Positions 38,516-52,019 of a stretch of DNA of 64,000 nt are shown one piece after another. Within the stretch, counting starts at the first letter, position 1; the number at the start of each line of letters is the position of its first letter. Location: assembly GCA_963828255.1 (NCBI GenBank), contig CAWHDZ010000012.1:1-64000 (forward strand), in the 5' to 3' direction. This stretch comes from an uncultured delta proteobacterium (GTDB lineage Bacteria; Myxococcota; Myxococcia; Myxococcales; Anaeromyxobacteraceae). Made by a program: the position numbers and the translations under genes. The notes under the pieces are model-generated. The model was given only the letters and a program-made list of their open reading frames with translations, was not told the origin of the DNA and did no database searches.

Positions 38516-39492
38516 GGTCGCTCATCGTCGGGACGGGAAGCTACGCGCCGGAGAAGATCGTCACCAACAAAGATCTGGAGGCCCTCGTCCAGACCAGCGA
38601 CGACTGGATCGTCGAGCGCACCGGCATCCGGGAGCGGCACGTCGCCTCGGAGACCGAGGCCACGAGCGACCTGGCCCTCAAGGCCTCCCTCAAGGCGCTC
38701 AAGATGGCCGGGGTGCGCCCCGAGGACGTGGACCTCATCGTGGTCGGCACGATCACGCCCGACTTCCCGTTCCCGTCGTCGGCGGCGGTGCTGCAGGCCC
38801 AGCTCCACAACAAGAAGGCCTTCGCCTTCGACGTGTCGGCGGCCTGCGCCGGCTCCCTGTACGCCCTCTCCATCGCCGACCGCTACGTGGCCTCCGGCGT
38901 GGCCCGCGTGGCGCTGGTGGTCGGGGCGGAGATCCTGACCAGCATCACCGACTGGGGCGACCGGAACACCTGCATCCTCTTCGGCGACGGCGCCGGCGCC
39001 ATGGTCCTCGTCCCCACCCAGGATCCGAACCGGGGCATGCTCTCCACCCACCTGCACACCGACGGCTCCCTCTGGCCCATCCTGTACACGCCGGGCGGCG
39101 GGACGCGGATGCGCATGAGCCAGAAGGTGCTCGACGAGAAGCTCAACACCGTGAAGATGAACGGCCGCGAGGTCTACAAGGTCGCCGTCCGGGCGCTCGA
39201 GGAGGTCTCCCGCGAGGCGCTCGGGGCCAACGGCCTGCAGCCCAAGGACGTCACCTGGGTCATCGCCCACCAGGCCAACAAGCGCATCCTCGACTCCACG
39301 CTCGAACGGCTGGGGATCCCGGCCGAGAAGTGCTGGATGAACCTGGAGAAATATGGCAACACCTCGTCGGCGAGCGTTCCCATGACCCTCGACGAGGCCA
39401 ACCGCGCCGGCTGGTTCAAGCCGGGCGATCTCATCCTCATGATGGCCATCGGCGGCGGCATGGCCTGGGGCAGCGCGCTCGTTCGCTGGTAG
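38512..39492 (+). CDS. fabH: 3-oxoacyl-ACP synthase III
   Basis: AACAG, AHQANKRI, GNTSSAS. Confidence 0.96.
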   Translation: MRSLIVGTGSYAPEKIVTNKDLEALVQTSDDWIVERTGIRERHVASETEATSDLALKASLKALKMAGVRPEDVDLIVVGTITPDFPFPSSAAVLQAQLHNKKAFAFDVSAACAGSLYALSIADRYVASGVARVALVVGAEILTSITDWGDRNTCILFGDGAGAMVLVPTQDPNRGMLSTHLHTDGSLWPILYTPGGGTRMRMSQKVLDEKLNTVKMNGREVYKVAVRALEEVSREALGANGLQPKDVTWVIAHQANKRILDSTLERLGIPAEKCWMNLEKYGNTSSASVPMTLDEANRAGWFKPGDLILMMAIGGGMAWGSALVRW

Positions 39493-39501
39493 GAGGACTC
39501 C

Positions 39502-40449
39502 GTGTCGAAGCTGGCCTTCATCTTTCCCGGACAGGGCTCCCAGGCTACCGGCATGGGCAAGGCGCTCTTCGACGCCTTCCCCGAGGCGCGCGCCGTGTTC
39601 GACGCCGTGGACGCGGCGCTCGGGGAGAAGCTCTCCACCCTCTGCTTCGAGGGGCCGGACGAGAAGCTCAAGCTCACCGCCAACACCCAGCCCTGCATCC
39701 TCACCGTCTCGGCCGCCGCGGCCGCCGTCCTGGCCGCGCGGGGCATCCGGCCGGACCTCGTGGCCGGCCACTCGCTCGGCGAGTACTCGGCGCTGGTGGC
39801 CGTCGGGGCCGTCTCGGCCGCCGACGCCGCCCGGGCGGTGCGGGCGCGCGGGACCTTCATGCAGGAGGCGGTCCCGGCGGGGCAGGGCGCCATGTCGGCG
39901 GTCCTGGGGCTGGACCCCGACCGGGTCCGGGCCGTCTGCGAGGCCGTCCAGGGCGCCACCGGCAAGGTGGTCTCCCCCGCCAACTACAACGAGCCCAGCC
40001 AGACGGTCATCGCCGGGGACGTCGCCGCGGTGGCCGAGGCCGGGTTGAAGCTCAAGGAAGCCGGGGCGAAGCGCGTCCTGCCCCTCCCGGTGAGCGCCCC
40101 CTTCCACTGCGCGCTCATGGCGCCGGTGAAGCCAAGGCTCGAGGCGGTGCTCCGGGCCCTCGCCTGGGCGGAGCCCTCGGCGCCGGTGGTCACCAACGTC
40201 GAGGCAACTCCCAACCGGGAGGCCGGGCGCATCGTCCCGCTGCTGGTCGAGCAGGTGACCGCCCCGGTCCGATGGATCGAGATCGTCCAGGAGCTGGCCC
40301 GGCAGGGCGTGACGCGGGTCGTCGAGGTCGGCCCCGGAGCGGTTCTCGGGGGGCTGGTCAGACGGATCGAGAAGGGTGTCGAGGTACACTCCGTCTCCGA
40401 CCCCGTCTCGCTCGAGAAGACCCTCGCCGCCATCGGAGCAGCCCAGTGA
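39502..40449 (+). CDS. fabD: Malonyl-CoA:ACP transacylase
   Basis: FPGQGSQ, GHSLGEY, VSAPFH. Confidence 0.96.
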   Translation: MSKLAFIFPGQGSQATGMGKALFDAFPEARAVFDAVDAALGEKLSTLCFEGPDEKLKLTANTQPCILTVSAAAAAVLAARGIRPDLVAGHSLGEYSALVAVGAVSAADAARAVRARGTFMQEAVPAGQGAMSAVLGLDPDRVRAVCEAVQGATGKVVSPANYNEPSQTVIAGDVAAVAEAGLKLKEAGAKRVLPLPVSAPFHCALMAPVKPRLEAVLRALAWAEPSAPVVTNVEATPNREAGRIVPLLVEQVTAPVRWIEIVQELARQGVTRVVEVGPGAVLGGLVRRIEKGVEVHSVSDPVSLEKTLAAIGAAQ

Positions 40450-41195
40450 ACTCCTTCCAGGGGAAGACCGCCCTCGTCACCGGCGCCTCGCGCGGCATCG
40501 GCCGGGCCATCGCGGTCGAGCTGGCCCGCGGGGGGGCAAGGCTTGCGCTCAACTACGCCGGGAACCAGGCCGCCGCCGAGGAGGCGCTGCGCCTCGTGCG
40601 CGAGGCGGGCTCCCCCGAGGCCCGCCTCTTCCAGTTCGACGTGGCTGACCCGGTCGCGGTCGGGAAGGCGGTGGACGAGGTGGTGTCCACCATGGGCGGC
40701 CTGCACATCCTGGTGAACAACGCCGGGATCGCGCTCGACCAGCTGGTCATGCGCATCAAGGACGACGACTGGCAGCGGCAGCTCGACGTCAACCTCTCCG
40801 GGGCCTTCCACCTCATCCGGGCCGCCACCCGCCCCATGATGAAGGCGCGCGGTGGCTCCATCGTGAACCTCACCTCGGTGGTCGGGGAGATGGGAAACGC
40901 AGGCCAGGCGGCCTACGCCGCCACCAAGGCGGGTCTCATCGGACTCACCAAGTCGGTGGCCCGGGAGCTCGCCTCGCGAAACGTGCGGGTGAACGCGGTC
41001 GCTCCCGGCTACATCGATACCGACATGACGGCGTCCTTGCCGGCGGACGCCAAGCAGAAGATGGCGGAGATGATCCCGCTGGGGCGCCTCGGAAGCGTCG
41101 AGGACGTGGCCGCGGCGGTGGCGTGGCTCTGCAGCGATCAGGCGTCGTACGTGACCGGAGAGGTGCTCCGGGTGAACGGCGGCATGCACATGTAG
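40446..41195 (+). CDS. fabG: 3-oxoacyl-ACP reductase
   Basis: [24 protein letters not shown]. Confidence 0.95.
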   Translation: MNSFQGKTALVTGASRGIGRAIAVELARGGARLALNYAGNQAAAEEALRLVREAGSPEARLFQFDVADPVAVGKAVDEVVSTMGGLHILVNNAGIALDQLVMRIKDDDWQRQLDVNLSGAFHLIRAATRPMMKARGGSIVNLTSVVGEMGNAGQAAYAATKAGLIGLTKSVARELASRNVRVNAVAPGYIDTDMTASLPADAKQKMAEMIPLGRLGSVEDVAAAVAWLCSDQASYVTGEVLRVNGGMHM

Positions 41196-41242
41196 TGCGG
41201 GGATCCCCCGCGAGACGGTCAACCACACAGGAGGAAGCATCG

Positions 41243-41485
41243 ATGACGACGGGCAACGTGGAGCAGAAGGTCAGGGGCATCATCGCCGAGCAGCTCGGGG
41301 TCGCCGAGGACGAGATCAAGACCACCTCCAGCTTCATCGAGGACCTGGGCGCCGACTCGCTCGACATCGTCGAGCTGGTCATGGCCATGGAGGAGGAGTT
41401 CGAGGTCGAGATCCCCGACGAGGAGGCCGAGAACATCAAGACCGTCCAGGACGCCATCAACTTCATCAACACCCACAAGAAGTAG
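41243..41485 (+). CDS. acpP: Acyl carrier protein
   Basis: [20 protein letters not shown]. Confidence 0.97.
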   Translation: MTTGNVEQKVRGIIAEQLGVAEDEIKTTSSFIEDLGADSLDIVELVMAMEEEFEVEIPDEEAENIKTVQDAINFINTHKK

Positions 41486-41579
41486 GCGCGGGCGGGACGG
41501 CGGGGATCCCACCGGGACCGTCGAGGTCGCGGGAGGGATCCGTGCCGGCGCGCGCGTGCGGCGAGAGGAGGTCGGTCGG

Positions 41580-42820
<1,241 letters not shown>

Positions 42821-42825
42821 CCGGC

Positions 42826-42861
42826 AAGAGGAAACGGCCGGCGCATCCTGGCGCCGGCCGT
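42826..42861 (-). terminator. Hairpin terminator between convergent fabF and the lipoprotein gene
   Basis: 11-bp perfect stem ACGGCCGGCGC-ATCCTG-GCGCCGGCCGT with an adjacent purine tract. Confidence 0.65.
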
Positions 42862-42887
42862 CTCACCGCGAGGTCCGGAGGTCCGGC

Positions 42888-43691
42888 CTAGTCGTGGTCT
42901 TCCTTCCCGTCGCAGTCGTCGTCGCCGAAGGCCTTCAGCGAGGCCTTCACGTTGGCCATGATCTTCGCGTTGACCTCGGGGTCGTTGGTGCACGGGTCGA
43001 GGGTGGTGCCGTTCGGGCCGGCCAGCCAGGTCGAGGCGTCGAACGCCAGGGTCACGTTGGACTGGGCGTCCTGGACGACCTCGAAGGGGCTCTCGTACTC
43101 CACCTCGACCTCCATCGTCGAGGTGACGGCGAAGGGCCTGGCGGCCGGGGCCGGGGTGGTGGGAGGCGTGGAGGGAGCCGGGGTGCAGGTTCCCTCGAGG
43201 ACGATCGACAGCCCGTCGAGCTTGTTGCCCCCCTTGGTGGTCTGGATGTTCAGCTTCTCGGTGGAGCGAACCCGGTGGATCTCGAACTCGATGCCCTTGT
43301 AGGAGCCGGGCGGGACCACCGTGGACGGGATGAAGGGCTGCACGGGCGCGAGCCTGGTGTCGGTGATCGCCAGCTCGAGGACGTACGGGCCGACCTCGAG
43401 CTCCTCGAGCTCGTCGGCCTCGTCGTGGGACGAGCCGGTGGAGCCGGTCGGGCCCGTGGCGCCGGTGGGACCGGTGGCGCCGGTCGAACCCTTCTTGAGC
43501 TCGATCTCCTTCACGACCAGGTAGAGGTTGTCGAGCTTGGCGGTGCCGGACGCGGTGGCGACCGAGCTGAGATTGGAGGTGCCGGTCTTGACGGCCGAGC
43601 TGACGGAGACGGCGGAGCCGCTGCTGCCGGCTCCGCAGCCAAGGACGGTGGCGGCGGCGAGGATGGCGAGGTACGGAGTTGCGGTGCGCAT
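42888..43691 (-). CDS. Lipoprotein (DUF4382-like) with a short collagen-like tract
   Basis: Lipobox [43 protein letters not shown]. Confidence 0.7.
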   Translation of the reverse strand: MRTATPYLAILAAATVLGCGAGSSGSAVSVSSAVKTGTSNLSSVATASGTAKLDNLYLVVKEIELKKGSTGATGPTGATGPTGSTGSSHDEADELEELEVGPYVLELAITDTRLAPVQPFIPSTVVPPGSYKGIEFEIHRVRSTEKLNIQTTKGGNKLDGLSIVLEGTCTPAPSTPPTTPAPAARPFAVTSTMEVEVEYESPFEVVQDAQSNVTLAFDASTWLAGPNGTTLDPCTNDPEVNAKIMANVKASLKAFGDDDCDGKEDHD

Positions 43692-43830
43692 ATGAGGCCT
43701 CCTGATGTAGATGGACGGTTGCGTGGCAAAGTCTCTACCCGTCGATGGCGCGGCGCGCAAGGCCTACACTGTCTCTATGTGACCGAATTAATTGATTAAT
43801 TTTCACCAATATCCCCGAAAGGGACGAGAA

Positions 43831-44274
43831 ATGCCCGACATCATTGCGTTTGGGTCCGACCACGCGGGGCTTTCCCTGAGGGCCGAGGCGGTCCGGGTCG
43901 CCACCGCGGCGGGGTTCCAGGTCGAGGACCTGGGCCCGTTCTCGACCGACAGCGTCGACTACCCCGACCTCGCAGCGCGGGTGGGGCAGGCGGTCGCCGA
44001 GGGGAGGGCGAGGCTCGGCGTCCTCGTCTGCGGAACCGGCATCGGCATGTCCATCGCGGCCAACAAGGTGAAGGGGGTGCGGGCGGCCCACTGCACCACC
44101 GAGTACGAGGCGCGCATGGCCCGGGCCCACAACGATGCCAACGTGCTCTGCGTGGGGGAGCGGGTCATCGGCCTCGGGCTGGGGGGCGCGGTGGTGGCGG
44201 CCTTCCTCTCCCAGCCCTTCGAGGGCGGCCGGCACCAGCGGCGGGTCGACAAGATCTCGGCCCTCGACCGCTGA
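43831..44274 (+). CDS. rpiB: Ribose-5-phosphate isomerase B
   Basis: GSDHAG, DYPD, CGTGIGMSIAANK, HNDANV, FEGGRH. Confidence 0.96.
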   Translation: MPDIIAFGSDHAGLSLRAEAVRVATAAGFQVEDLGPFSTDSVDYPDLAARVGQAVAEGRARLGVLVCGTGIGMSIAANKVKGVRAAHCTTEYEARMARAHNDANVLCVGERVIGLGLGGAVVAAFLSQPFEGGRHQRRVDKISALDR

Positions 44275-44319
44275 GGCGGGGCGCGGTATTCAGTCCCCCT
44301 TTCAAGAGGAGCGTTCCAC

Positions 44320-45573
44320 ATGATGCCCACCCAGCGCCTCTCCGAGGCCGACCCCGATATCGCCCGGCTCGTCCGCGAGGAGACCCGGCGCCAGGCCGAC
44401 GGGCTCGAGCTCATCGCCAGCGAGAACTTCGTCTCCCCCGCGGTGCTGGAGGCCACCGGCTCGGCCCTGACCAACAAGTACGCCGAGGGCTACCCGGGGA
44501 AGCGCTACTACGGTGGCTGCGAGGTGGTGGACCAGGTCGAGCAACTCGCCATCGACCGGGCGAAGAGGCTCTTCGGCGCCGACCACGCCAACGTCCAGCC
44601 GCACTCCGGGTCGCAGGCCAACATGGCGGCCTACTTCGCCCTGGCCCAGCCGGGCGACACGCTGCTCGCCATGAGCCTCAACTTCGGCGGCCACCTCACC
44701 CACGGCTCGCCGGTGAACTTCTCCGGCCGCCTCTTCAAGATCGTCCCGTACGGCCTGCGCCAGTCCGACGAGACGGTGGACATGGACGAGGTCCGGCGGC
44801 TGGCCCGCGAGCACAGGCCGCGCATCCTGGTGGTGGGCGCCAGCGCCTACCCGCGCCTCTTCCACTTCGACCAGTTCGCCGAGATCGCCCGCGAGGTCGG
44901 GGCGGCCATGGTGGTGGACATGGCCCACATCGCCGGGCTCGTCGCCGCGGGGCTTCACCCCGACCCGGTGCCGCACGCCGAGATCGTCACCACCACCACC
45001 CACAAGACCCTGCGCGGCCCGCGCGGCGGCCTGATCCTCTGCCGCGAGGCGCACGCCAAGGCGGTCAACAGCCAGATCTTCCCGGGCACCCAGGGCGGCC
45101 CCCTCGAGCACGTGGTGGCGGCCAAGGCCGTGGCCTTCCACGAGGCGCTCCAGCCCGGCTTCAAGGCCTACCAGCAGCAGATCCTCGACAACGCCCGGGC
45201 GCTCGCCCGGGGGCTCGTGGCCGCGGGGCTGCGGCTCGTCTCCGGTGGCACCGACAACCACCTGATGCTCGTGGACCTGCGCCCCAAGAAGCTCAACGGC
45301 AAGATCGCCGAGGAGGCCCTCGGCAAGGCCGGCATCACCGTGAACAAGAACATGATCCCCTGGGACCCGGAGAAGCCCTTCGTCACCTCCGGCATCCGCG
45401 TCGGGACCCCGGCCCTCACCACCCGTGGAATGGGGGTCGCCGAGATGGGCCAGGTGGCGTCGCTCATCGGACGCGTCCTCGACGCGCCGGCCGACGAGGC
45501 GTCGCTCGCCCGGGTCCGGGGCGAGGTCCACGAGCTCACCCGGCGGTTCCCCCTCTACCCCGACCGGGTCTGA
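44320..45573 (+). CDS. glyA: Serine hydroxymethyltransferase
   Basis: [33 protein letters not shown]. Confidence 0.97.
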   Translation: MMPTQRLSEADPDIARLVREETRRQADGLELIASENFVSPAVLEATGSALTNKYAEGYPGKRYYGGCEVVDQVEQLAIDRAKRLFGADHANVQPHSGSQANMAAYFALAQPGDTLLAMSLNFGGHLTHGSPVNFSGRLFKIVPYGLRQSDETVDMDEVRRLAREHRPRILVVGASAYPRLFHFDQFAEIAREVGAAMVVDMAHIAGLVAAGLHPDPVPHAEIVTTTTHKTLRGPRGGLILCREAHAKAVNSQIFPGTQGGPLEHVVAAKAVAFHEALQPGFKAYQQQILDNARALARGLVAAGLRLVSGGTDNHLMLVDLRPKKLNGKIAEEALGKAGITVNKNMIPWDPEKPFVTSGIRVGTPALTTRGMGVAEMGQVASLIGRVLDAPADEASLARVRGEVHELTRRFPLYPDRV

Positions 45574-45598
45574 AGGCCGGCCCGGGGACCATCGACGA

Positions 45599-46054
45599 AT
45601 GCGCTGTCCCTTCTGTGGCCACCTCCAGGACCGGGTCGTCGACTCGCGAGAGGCGCAGGACGGCCAGGCCACGCGCCGTCGCCGCGAGTGCCTGGGCTGC
45701 GCGCGCCGCTTCACCACCTACGAGCGGGTCGAGGAGAGCCTGCCGGCGCTGGTGAAGAAGGACGGGCGTCGCGAGTCCTTCGACCGGCGCAAGGTGCTCG
45801 AGGGGATGCGCCGGGCCTGCCAGAAGCGTCCGGTCTCCCAGGAGCGCATCGACGAGATGGCCACCCGGGTCGAGCGGCGCCTCCAGGAGTCCGGCGAGAA
45901 GGAGGTCGCGGCCAGCGCCGTGGGAGAGCTGGTCATGGAGTTGCTCCGGGCCGAGGACCCGGTGGCCTACGTGCGCTTCGCCTCGGTCTACCGGGACTTC
46001 CGCGACGTCGGCGAGTTCACCGCGGCCGTAGAGGGGCTGAAGGAGAAGCCGTGA
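45599..46054 (+). CDS. nrdR: Transcriptional repressor NrdR
   Basis: [29 protein letters not shown]. Confidence 0.96.
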   Translation: MRCPFCGHLQDRVVDSREAQDGQATRRRRECLGCARRFTTYERVEESLPALVKKDGRRESFDRRKVLEGMRRACQKRPVSQERIDEMATRVERRLQESGEKEVAASAVGELVMELLRAEDPVAYVRFASVYRDFRDVGEFTAAVEGLKEKP

Positions 46055-47169
46055 GGCTCCCCCCCGCCGAGGAGCGCTTCATGCGGCTCGCCCTGCGCGA
46101 GGCCCGGCGTGGGCTCGGGCGCACCAGCCCCAATCCCGCGGTGGGGGCCGTGCTCGTGAAGGGCGGCCGGGTGGTGGGACGCGGGCACCACGCCCGGGCC
46201 GGGGCTCCCCACGCCGAGGTGGCCGCCATCCGCGACGCCGGCGCGCGGGCGCGCGGCGCCGACCTCTACACCACGCTCGAGCCTTGCGACCACTTCGGGC
46301 GCACGCCGCCCTGCAGCCTGGCCATCCTCGAGGCCGGGGTGCGCCGGGTGCTCTCGGGATCCAGCGACCCCAATCCCCAGGTGAACGGCCGGGGGATCCG
46401 CCGGCTGCGCCGGGCCGGTGTCGCCGTGGAGACCGGGGTCCTGCGCGCCGCGTGCGACGCCGTCATCGAGCCCTGGGCCCGGTTCATCACCACCGGGCGC
46501 CCCCACGTCACCCTCAAGGTGGCCTCCACCCTCGACGGGCGCATCGCCACCGCGGGGGGCGATTCACGCTGGGTGACTGGCGCGGAGTCGCGCGCACTGG
46601 TGCACCGGCTCCGCGACGCCTCCGACGCGGTCCTGGTGGGCGCCGGGACCGCCCGGGCCGACGATCCCCGCCTGACGGCGCGCCTCCCCGGGGGGCGCGG
46701 CCGCGACCCGATCCGCGTGGTCCTCGACTCCCGGCTCGAGCTCCCGCCCGGGCTTCGCCTCCTCCGGCAGCGCTCCGGCTCGCCGACCATCGTGGCCCAC
46801 GTCGCGGGGACCCCTCCGGGAAGCCCAAGGCGCGGCGTGGAGTACCTGCGCTGCAAGGCGCGGCGCGGCCGGGTGGACCTCGAGGACCTGCTCTCCCGGC
46901 TGGGGAAGCGCGGGGTCACCACCCTCCTCGTCGAGGGGGGGGCGGAGGTGTCGCGGAGCCTCCTCGAGGGGGGGCTCGTGGACCGGCTCGCCCTCTTCCT
47001 GGCCCCGAAGCTCGCCGGGGGGGGCCTTTCCTGGCTCCCCGGGAAGGGGCCGGGCCGCATGGCCGACGCCCTCGCCCTGCAAGACATGGAGGTCCGCAAC
47101 GTGGGCGGGGACCTCCTGGTCACCGGACGCCCGGCGCCGAAAGGTGCCCGAACCCCCCGCGTGGACTAA
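46051..47169 (+). CDS. ribD: Riboflavin biosynthesis deaminase/reductase
   Basis: [31 protein letters not shown]. Confidence 0.96.
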   Translation: MRLPPAEERFMRLALREARRGLGRTSPNPAVGAVLVKGGRVVGRGHHARAGAPHAEVAAIRDAGARARGADLYTTLEPCDHFGRTPPCSLAILEAGVRRVLSGSSDPNPQVNGRGIRRLRRAGVAVETGVLRAACDAVIEPWARFITTGRPHVTLKVASTLDGRIATAGGDSRWVTGAESRALVHRLRDASDAVLVGAGTARADDPRLTARLPGGRGRDPIRVVLDSRLELPPGLRLLRQRSGSPTIVAHVAGTPPGSPRRGVEYLRCKARRGRVDLEDLLSRLGKRGVTTLLVEGGAEVSRSLLEGGLVDRLALFLAPKLAGGGLSWLPGKGPGRMADALALQDMEVRNVGGDLLVTGRPAPKGARTPRVD

Positions 47170-47181
47170 GATTCCTCCCCG

Positions 47182-47831
47182 ATGTTCACAGGACTGATCT
47201 CCGACATGGGCGTGGTGGAGCGGCTCGAGCCGAGGGCCGGAGGCGCGCGCATCACCATCCGACCCGGGAGCCTGCCGGTTGACGAGCTCGTTCCCGGGGA
47301 GAGCGTGTCCTGCAACGGGGCCTGCCTCACCGTGGTCGAGCGGGGCGGCGGGCGGATGTCCTTCGACGCCGTCCCGGAGACGCTCTCGCGCACCACGCTC
47401 GGAACCTGGAAGCCGGGGACCCGCGTGAACCTCGAGCGGGCGCTCCGCCTCTCCGACCGGCTCGGTGGCCACCTCGTCCAGGGGCACGTGGACGCGGTGG
47501 GCAAGGTGCTGGCCCGCGTCGCCGAGGGGCAGGGGGCGCGGTTCACCCTGTGGATGCCGCCGGCCATCGCGCCGCTCGTCGCCGAGAAGGGGTCCATCGC
47601 CATCGACGGGGTCTCGCTCACGGTGGCGAGCGCCGGGCGCGACCGGTTCGAGGTGGCGCTCATCCCGGAGACGCTCGCACGCACGGTGCTGGGGGACGCT
47701 GCGCCGGGGACCGCGGTGAACCTGGAGGCCGACGTGGTGGCCCGCCACGTGGCCCGGCTTCGCGAGTTCGCCGGCACGGCTGGCGTCACGGAGGGTTCGT
47801 TGAAGGACTGGGGATACGGCGAGGTGGGGAG

Positions 47832-47835
<4 letters not shown>
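47182..47835 (+). CDS. ribE: Riboflavin synthase
   Basis: [29 protein letters not shown]. Confidence 0.95.
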
Positions 47836-49117
<1,282 letters not shown>

Positions 49118-49121
<4 letters not shown>

Positions 49122-49591
49122 AGGTCTTCGAGGGAAACCTGGTGGGCGAGGGGCTCCGGTTCGCCATCGTGGTGTCGCGCTTCAACTCGCTCGTCACCGA
49201 GCAGCTGCTCCTGGGGGCGAAGGACGCCCTCCGGCGCCACGGGGTGGCCGAGGACGCGGTCGAGGTCTTCCGCTGTCCGGGCACCTTCGAGATCTCCCCG
49301 GTGATGCGGCGGGTGGCCCGGAGCGGGCGCTTCCAGGCGGTGGTGGCGCTGGGCGCGGTGATCCGCGGCGGCACCCCCCACTTCGAGTACGTGGCCAGCG
49401 AGGTCTCGAAGGGCGTGGCCCAGGTGTCCATGGAGGCCGACTGCGCCGTCGGGTTCGGCGTGCTCACCTGCGACACCATGGAGCAGGCGCTGGAGCGGGC
49501 CGGCGTGAAGGGCGGCAACAAGGGGGCCGAGGCCGCCGTGGCCGCCATCGAGCAGGCCAACCTCTTCCGCGCCATCTCCGGCGGGAAGTAG
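49118..49591 (+). CDS. ribH: Lumazine synthase
   Basis: [30 protein letters not shown]. Confidence 0.96.
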
Positions 49592-49601
49592 CAAGGGGCA
49601 C

Positions 49602-50045
49602 ATGGCCCACACCCGGCGCACCAAGGCACGCGAGCGCGCCCTCCAGGCGCTCTACCAGATCGACGTGGCCGCCACCGACCTCGACGAGGCGCTGGCCCGC
49701 TTCTGGCCCAGCTTCGAACCGGTGGAGAAGGAGGTCCGCGAGGGCGCCGAGGAACTGGTGCGCGGCGTCGCCAGCCACCGGCGCGAGATCGACGAGGCCA
49801 TCGAGGAGGTCTCCACCAACTGGCGCATGGACCGCATGGCCAAGGTGGACAGGAACGTGCTGCGCCTGGCGGTCTTCGAGCTGCGCTGGCGAAGCGACGT
49901 CCCGGTGAAGGTCTGCATCAACGAGGCCATCGAGCTGGGCAAGAAGTACGGCAGCGAGAGCTCGGCGGCCTTCGTGAACGGAGTGCTCGACCGGATCGCG
50001 GCGGCCCTTCCCGAGGCGCGCCGCGGGGACGGGCCCGGCCGGTGA
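49602..50045 (+). CDS. nusB: Transcription antitermination factor NusB
   Basis: [38 protein letters not shown]. Confidence 0.96.
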   Translation: MAHTRRTKARERALQALYQIDVAATDLDEALARFWPSFEPVEKEVREGAEELVRGVASHRREIDEAIEEVSTNWRMDRMAKVDRNVLRLAVFELRWRSDVPVKVCINEAIELGKKYGSESSAAFVNGVLDRIAAALPEARRGDGPGR

Positions 50046-50575
50046 AGCTCCGCATCGAGCTCTGCGACCTCTCGCTCGCGTCGCTCGACGCGCTCGAGGT
50101 GGAGTCGCTGGCCGCCTTCGTCGGTGCGGAACGTCCGCTGGCCGGCCTCCCCTCGCTGGTGGACTGGCGGCTCGCCGGCGCCGTCTCCCGGGCCATCCTG
50201 GCCGGGACCGTCACCCCGGAGCACGGGGAGGCGCTGCTCCTTCCCTCCGGCGGGCGGCTGCGCGCCCGGCGCATCTTCCTCTTCGGCTTGGACGACCCCG
50301 CTCCGCGCCCGGTGGCGCTGGCGGTCCGTCACGCCTGCGAGGCCCTGCGGCGCGCCGGGGCCCGCGAGATCGCCATCGCCTTCCCGCACGGGGCCCCCCT
50401 CCAGGTGGCGGCGCGGGCATGGGTCGAGGCGTCGTCGCCGGCCGGCTTCGCGCGGCAGGTGGTGCTCGGCGACGTCCGTGCGGTGGCGCCGGCGCTGGAG
50501 GCGGCGGCCCGGGAGCTCTCGATCGCCGTCGAGGTGGTCCGGACGGCCGCCCGGGCGGACCAGCCTACGGCGTGA
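50042..50575 (+). CDS. Peptidase M17 N-terminal-like domain protein
   Basis: [18 protein letters not shown] motif; no catalytic M17 domain. Confidence 0.65.
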   Translation: MKLRIELCDLSLASLDALEVESLAAFVGAERPLAGLPSLVDWRLAGAVSRAILAGTVTPEHGEALLLPSGGRLRARRIFLFGLDDPAPRPVALAVRHACEALRRAGAREIAIAFPHGAPLQVAARAWVEASSPAGFARQVVLGDVRAVAPALEAAARELSIAVEVVRTAARADQPTA

Positions 50576-51917
50576 TCCGCTCGGTCATGCGCGCGAACGG
50601 GATGGTCTCCCGGACGTGGTGCAGTCCGCAGATCCAGGCCACGCAGCGCTCCACGCCCATGCCGAACCCGGAGTGGGGAACGGTTCCGTAGCGGCGCAGG
50701 TCGAGGTACCACTCGAAGGCCTCGCGCGGCAGCTCGTGGTGCGCGATGGCCTTCTCCAGGGTCTCCAGGTCGTCCTCGCGCTGGCCGCCGCCGATGATCT
50801 CCCCGTAGCCCTCGGGGGCGAGGACGTCGCAGCCCAGGGCCACCTTGGGATCCTGGGGGTCCTTCTTGAAGTAGAAGGCCTTCATGAGCGTCGGGTAGCG
50901 GTGCACCATGACCGGCCGGTCGTAGCTCCGCGCCACCAGGGTCTCCTCGTCGCCGCCGATGTCCTCGCCCCACACCATCATGGGGGGGAGCTTGGCGGCC
51001 TCCTCCGGCGGGAGCGACGCGCGCTGCGCCTCCTGCTCCTTGCGGATGACCTCCACCGCCTCGGTGTAGGTGATGCGCGGGAAGGGGGGCGTGACCCGCT
51101 CCAGCTTCGAGACGTCCCGCTCCAGCACCCGGACGAGCTCGTCCCGGTGCTTCGCCAGCGCCGCCTGCACCACGAAGGAGACGAACTCCTCCATGAGCAC
51201 CATGTCGCCGTCGAGGTCGAGCCAGGCCACCTCCGGCTCCACCATCCAGAACTCGGTGAGGTGGCGGCGGGTCTTGGACTTCTCGGCGCGGAAGGTGGGC
51301 CCGAAGCAGTAGACCTTCCCCAGCGCCATGGCCGCCGCCTCCATGTAGAGCTGGCCGGACTGGGTGAGGTAGGCCTTGCCCAGGTCGAAGTAGGGCACCT
51401 CGAAGAGGTTGCTGGTTCCCTCGCACGCACTAGGAGTGAATATTGGTCCGTCCACCAGCGTGAACCCGCGCTGGTCGAAGAAGTCGCGGATGGCCTTCTC
51501 GACGGTGTGGCGGACCCGCAGGATCACGTTCTGGCGCGGGGAGCGCAGCCAGAGGTGGCGCTGCTCCATGAGGAAGGCCACGCCGTGCTCCTTGTGGCCG
51601 ATGGGGAACTCCTGGGTGGGCCGGGCGTGGACCACCAGGCCGCGCACGTCGATCTCGAAGCCGATGGGGGAGCGGGGCTCCTTCTTGACGAGCCCGGTCA
51701 CGGAGACGGAGGTCTCCTGCGGGAGGTGGTCGGCCTCGGAGAAGACCTCGGGCGTCACGTTGCCCTTGAAGACCACGCACTGGATGGTGCCGGTGCCGTC
51801 GCGGACCTGGAGGAAGTGGAGCTTGCCCGAGGAGCGGCGGTTGTGGAGCCAGCCGCGAAGGGTGACTTCATTCCCCTCGTGCGCGGCGATGTCGGCGACG
51901 TAGACGTTCTCGGGCAT
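50565..51917 (-). CDS. asnS: Asparagine--tRNA ligase
   Basis: OB fold [49 protein letters not shown]. Confidence 0.95.
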   Translation of the reverse strand: MPENVYVADIAAHEGNEVTLRGWLHNRRSSGKLHFLQVRDGTGTIQCVVFKGNVTPEVFSEADHLPQETSVSVTGLVKKEPRSPIGFEIDVRGLVVHARPTQEFPIGHKEHGVAFLMEQRHLWLRSPRQNVILRVRHTVEKAIRDFFDQRGFTLVDGPIFTPSACEGTSNLFEVPYFDLGKAYLTQSGQLYMEAAAMALGKVYCFGPTFRAEKSKTRRHLTEFWMVEPEVAWLDLDGDMVLMEEFVSFVVQAALAKHRDELVRVLERDVSKLERVTPPFPRITYTEAVEVIRKEQEAQRASLPPEEAAKLPPMMVWGEDIGGDEETLVARSYDRPVMVHRYPTLMKAFYFKKDPQDPKVALGCDVLAPEGYGEIIGGGQREDDLETLEKAIAHHELPREAFEWYLDLRRYGTVPHSGFGMGVERCVAWICGLHHVRETIPFARMTERITP

Positions 51918-52019
51918 CTGGACCATCTCCGGGGTCGAGGGAGGCGCGCAATATACCCCGGGCCCAGGCCGATCGCGCAGGTGCAAAATCGCCGTCCCGC
52001 GGTAATATCGCGGGCTTCC

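Noticed and set aside
41197..41510. GCGGGGATCCC on both sides of acpP
   Set aside because: 11-bp GC-rich match within hairpins; more likely mRNA stability elements or chance than a TSD.
43683..43710. GGTGCGCATA resembling the XerC arm of dif
   Set aside because: No XerD arm (TTATGTTAAAT); it coincides with the lipoprotein start codon.
45574..46051. FMN riboswitch expected before the rib genes
   Set aside because: ribD overlaps nrdR; no intergenic space or RFN motif.
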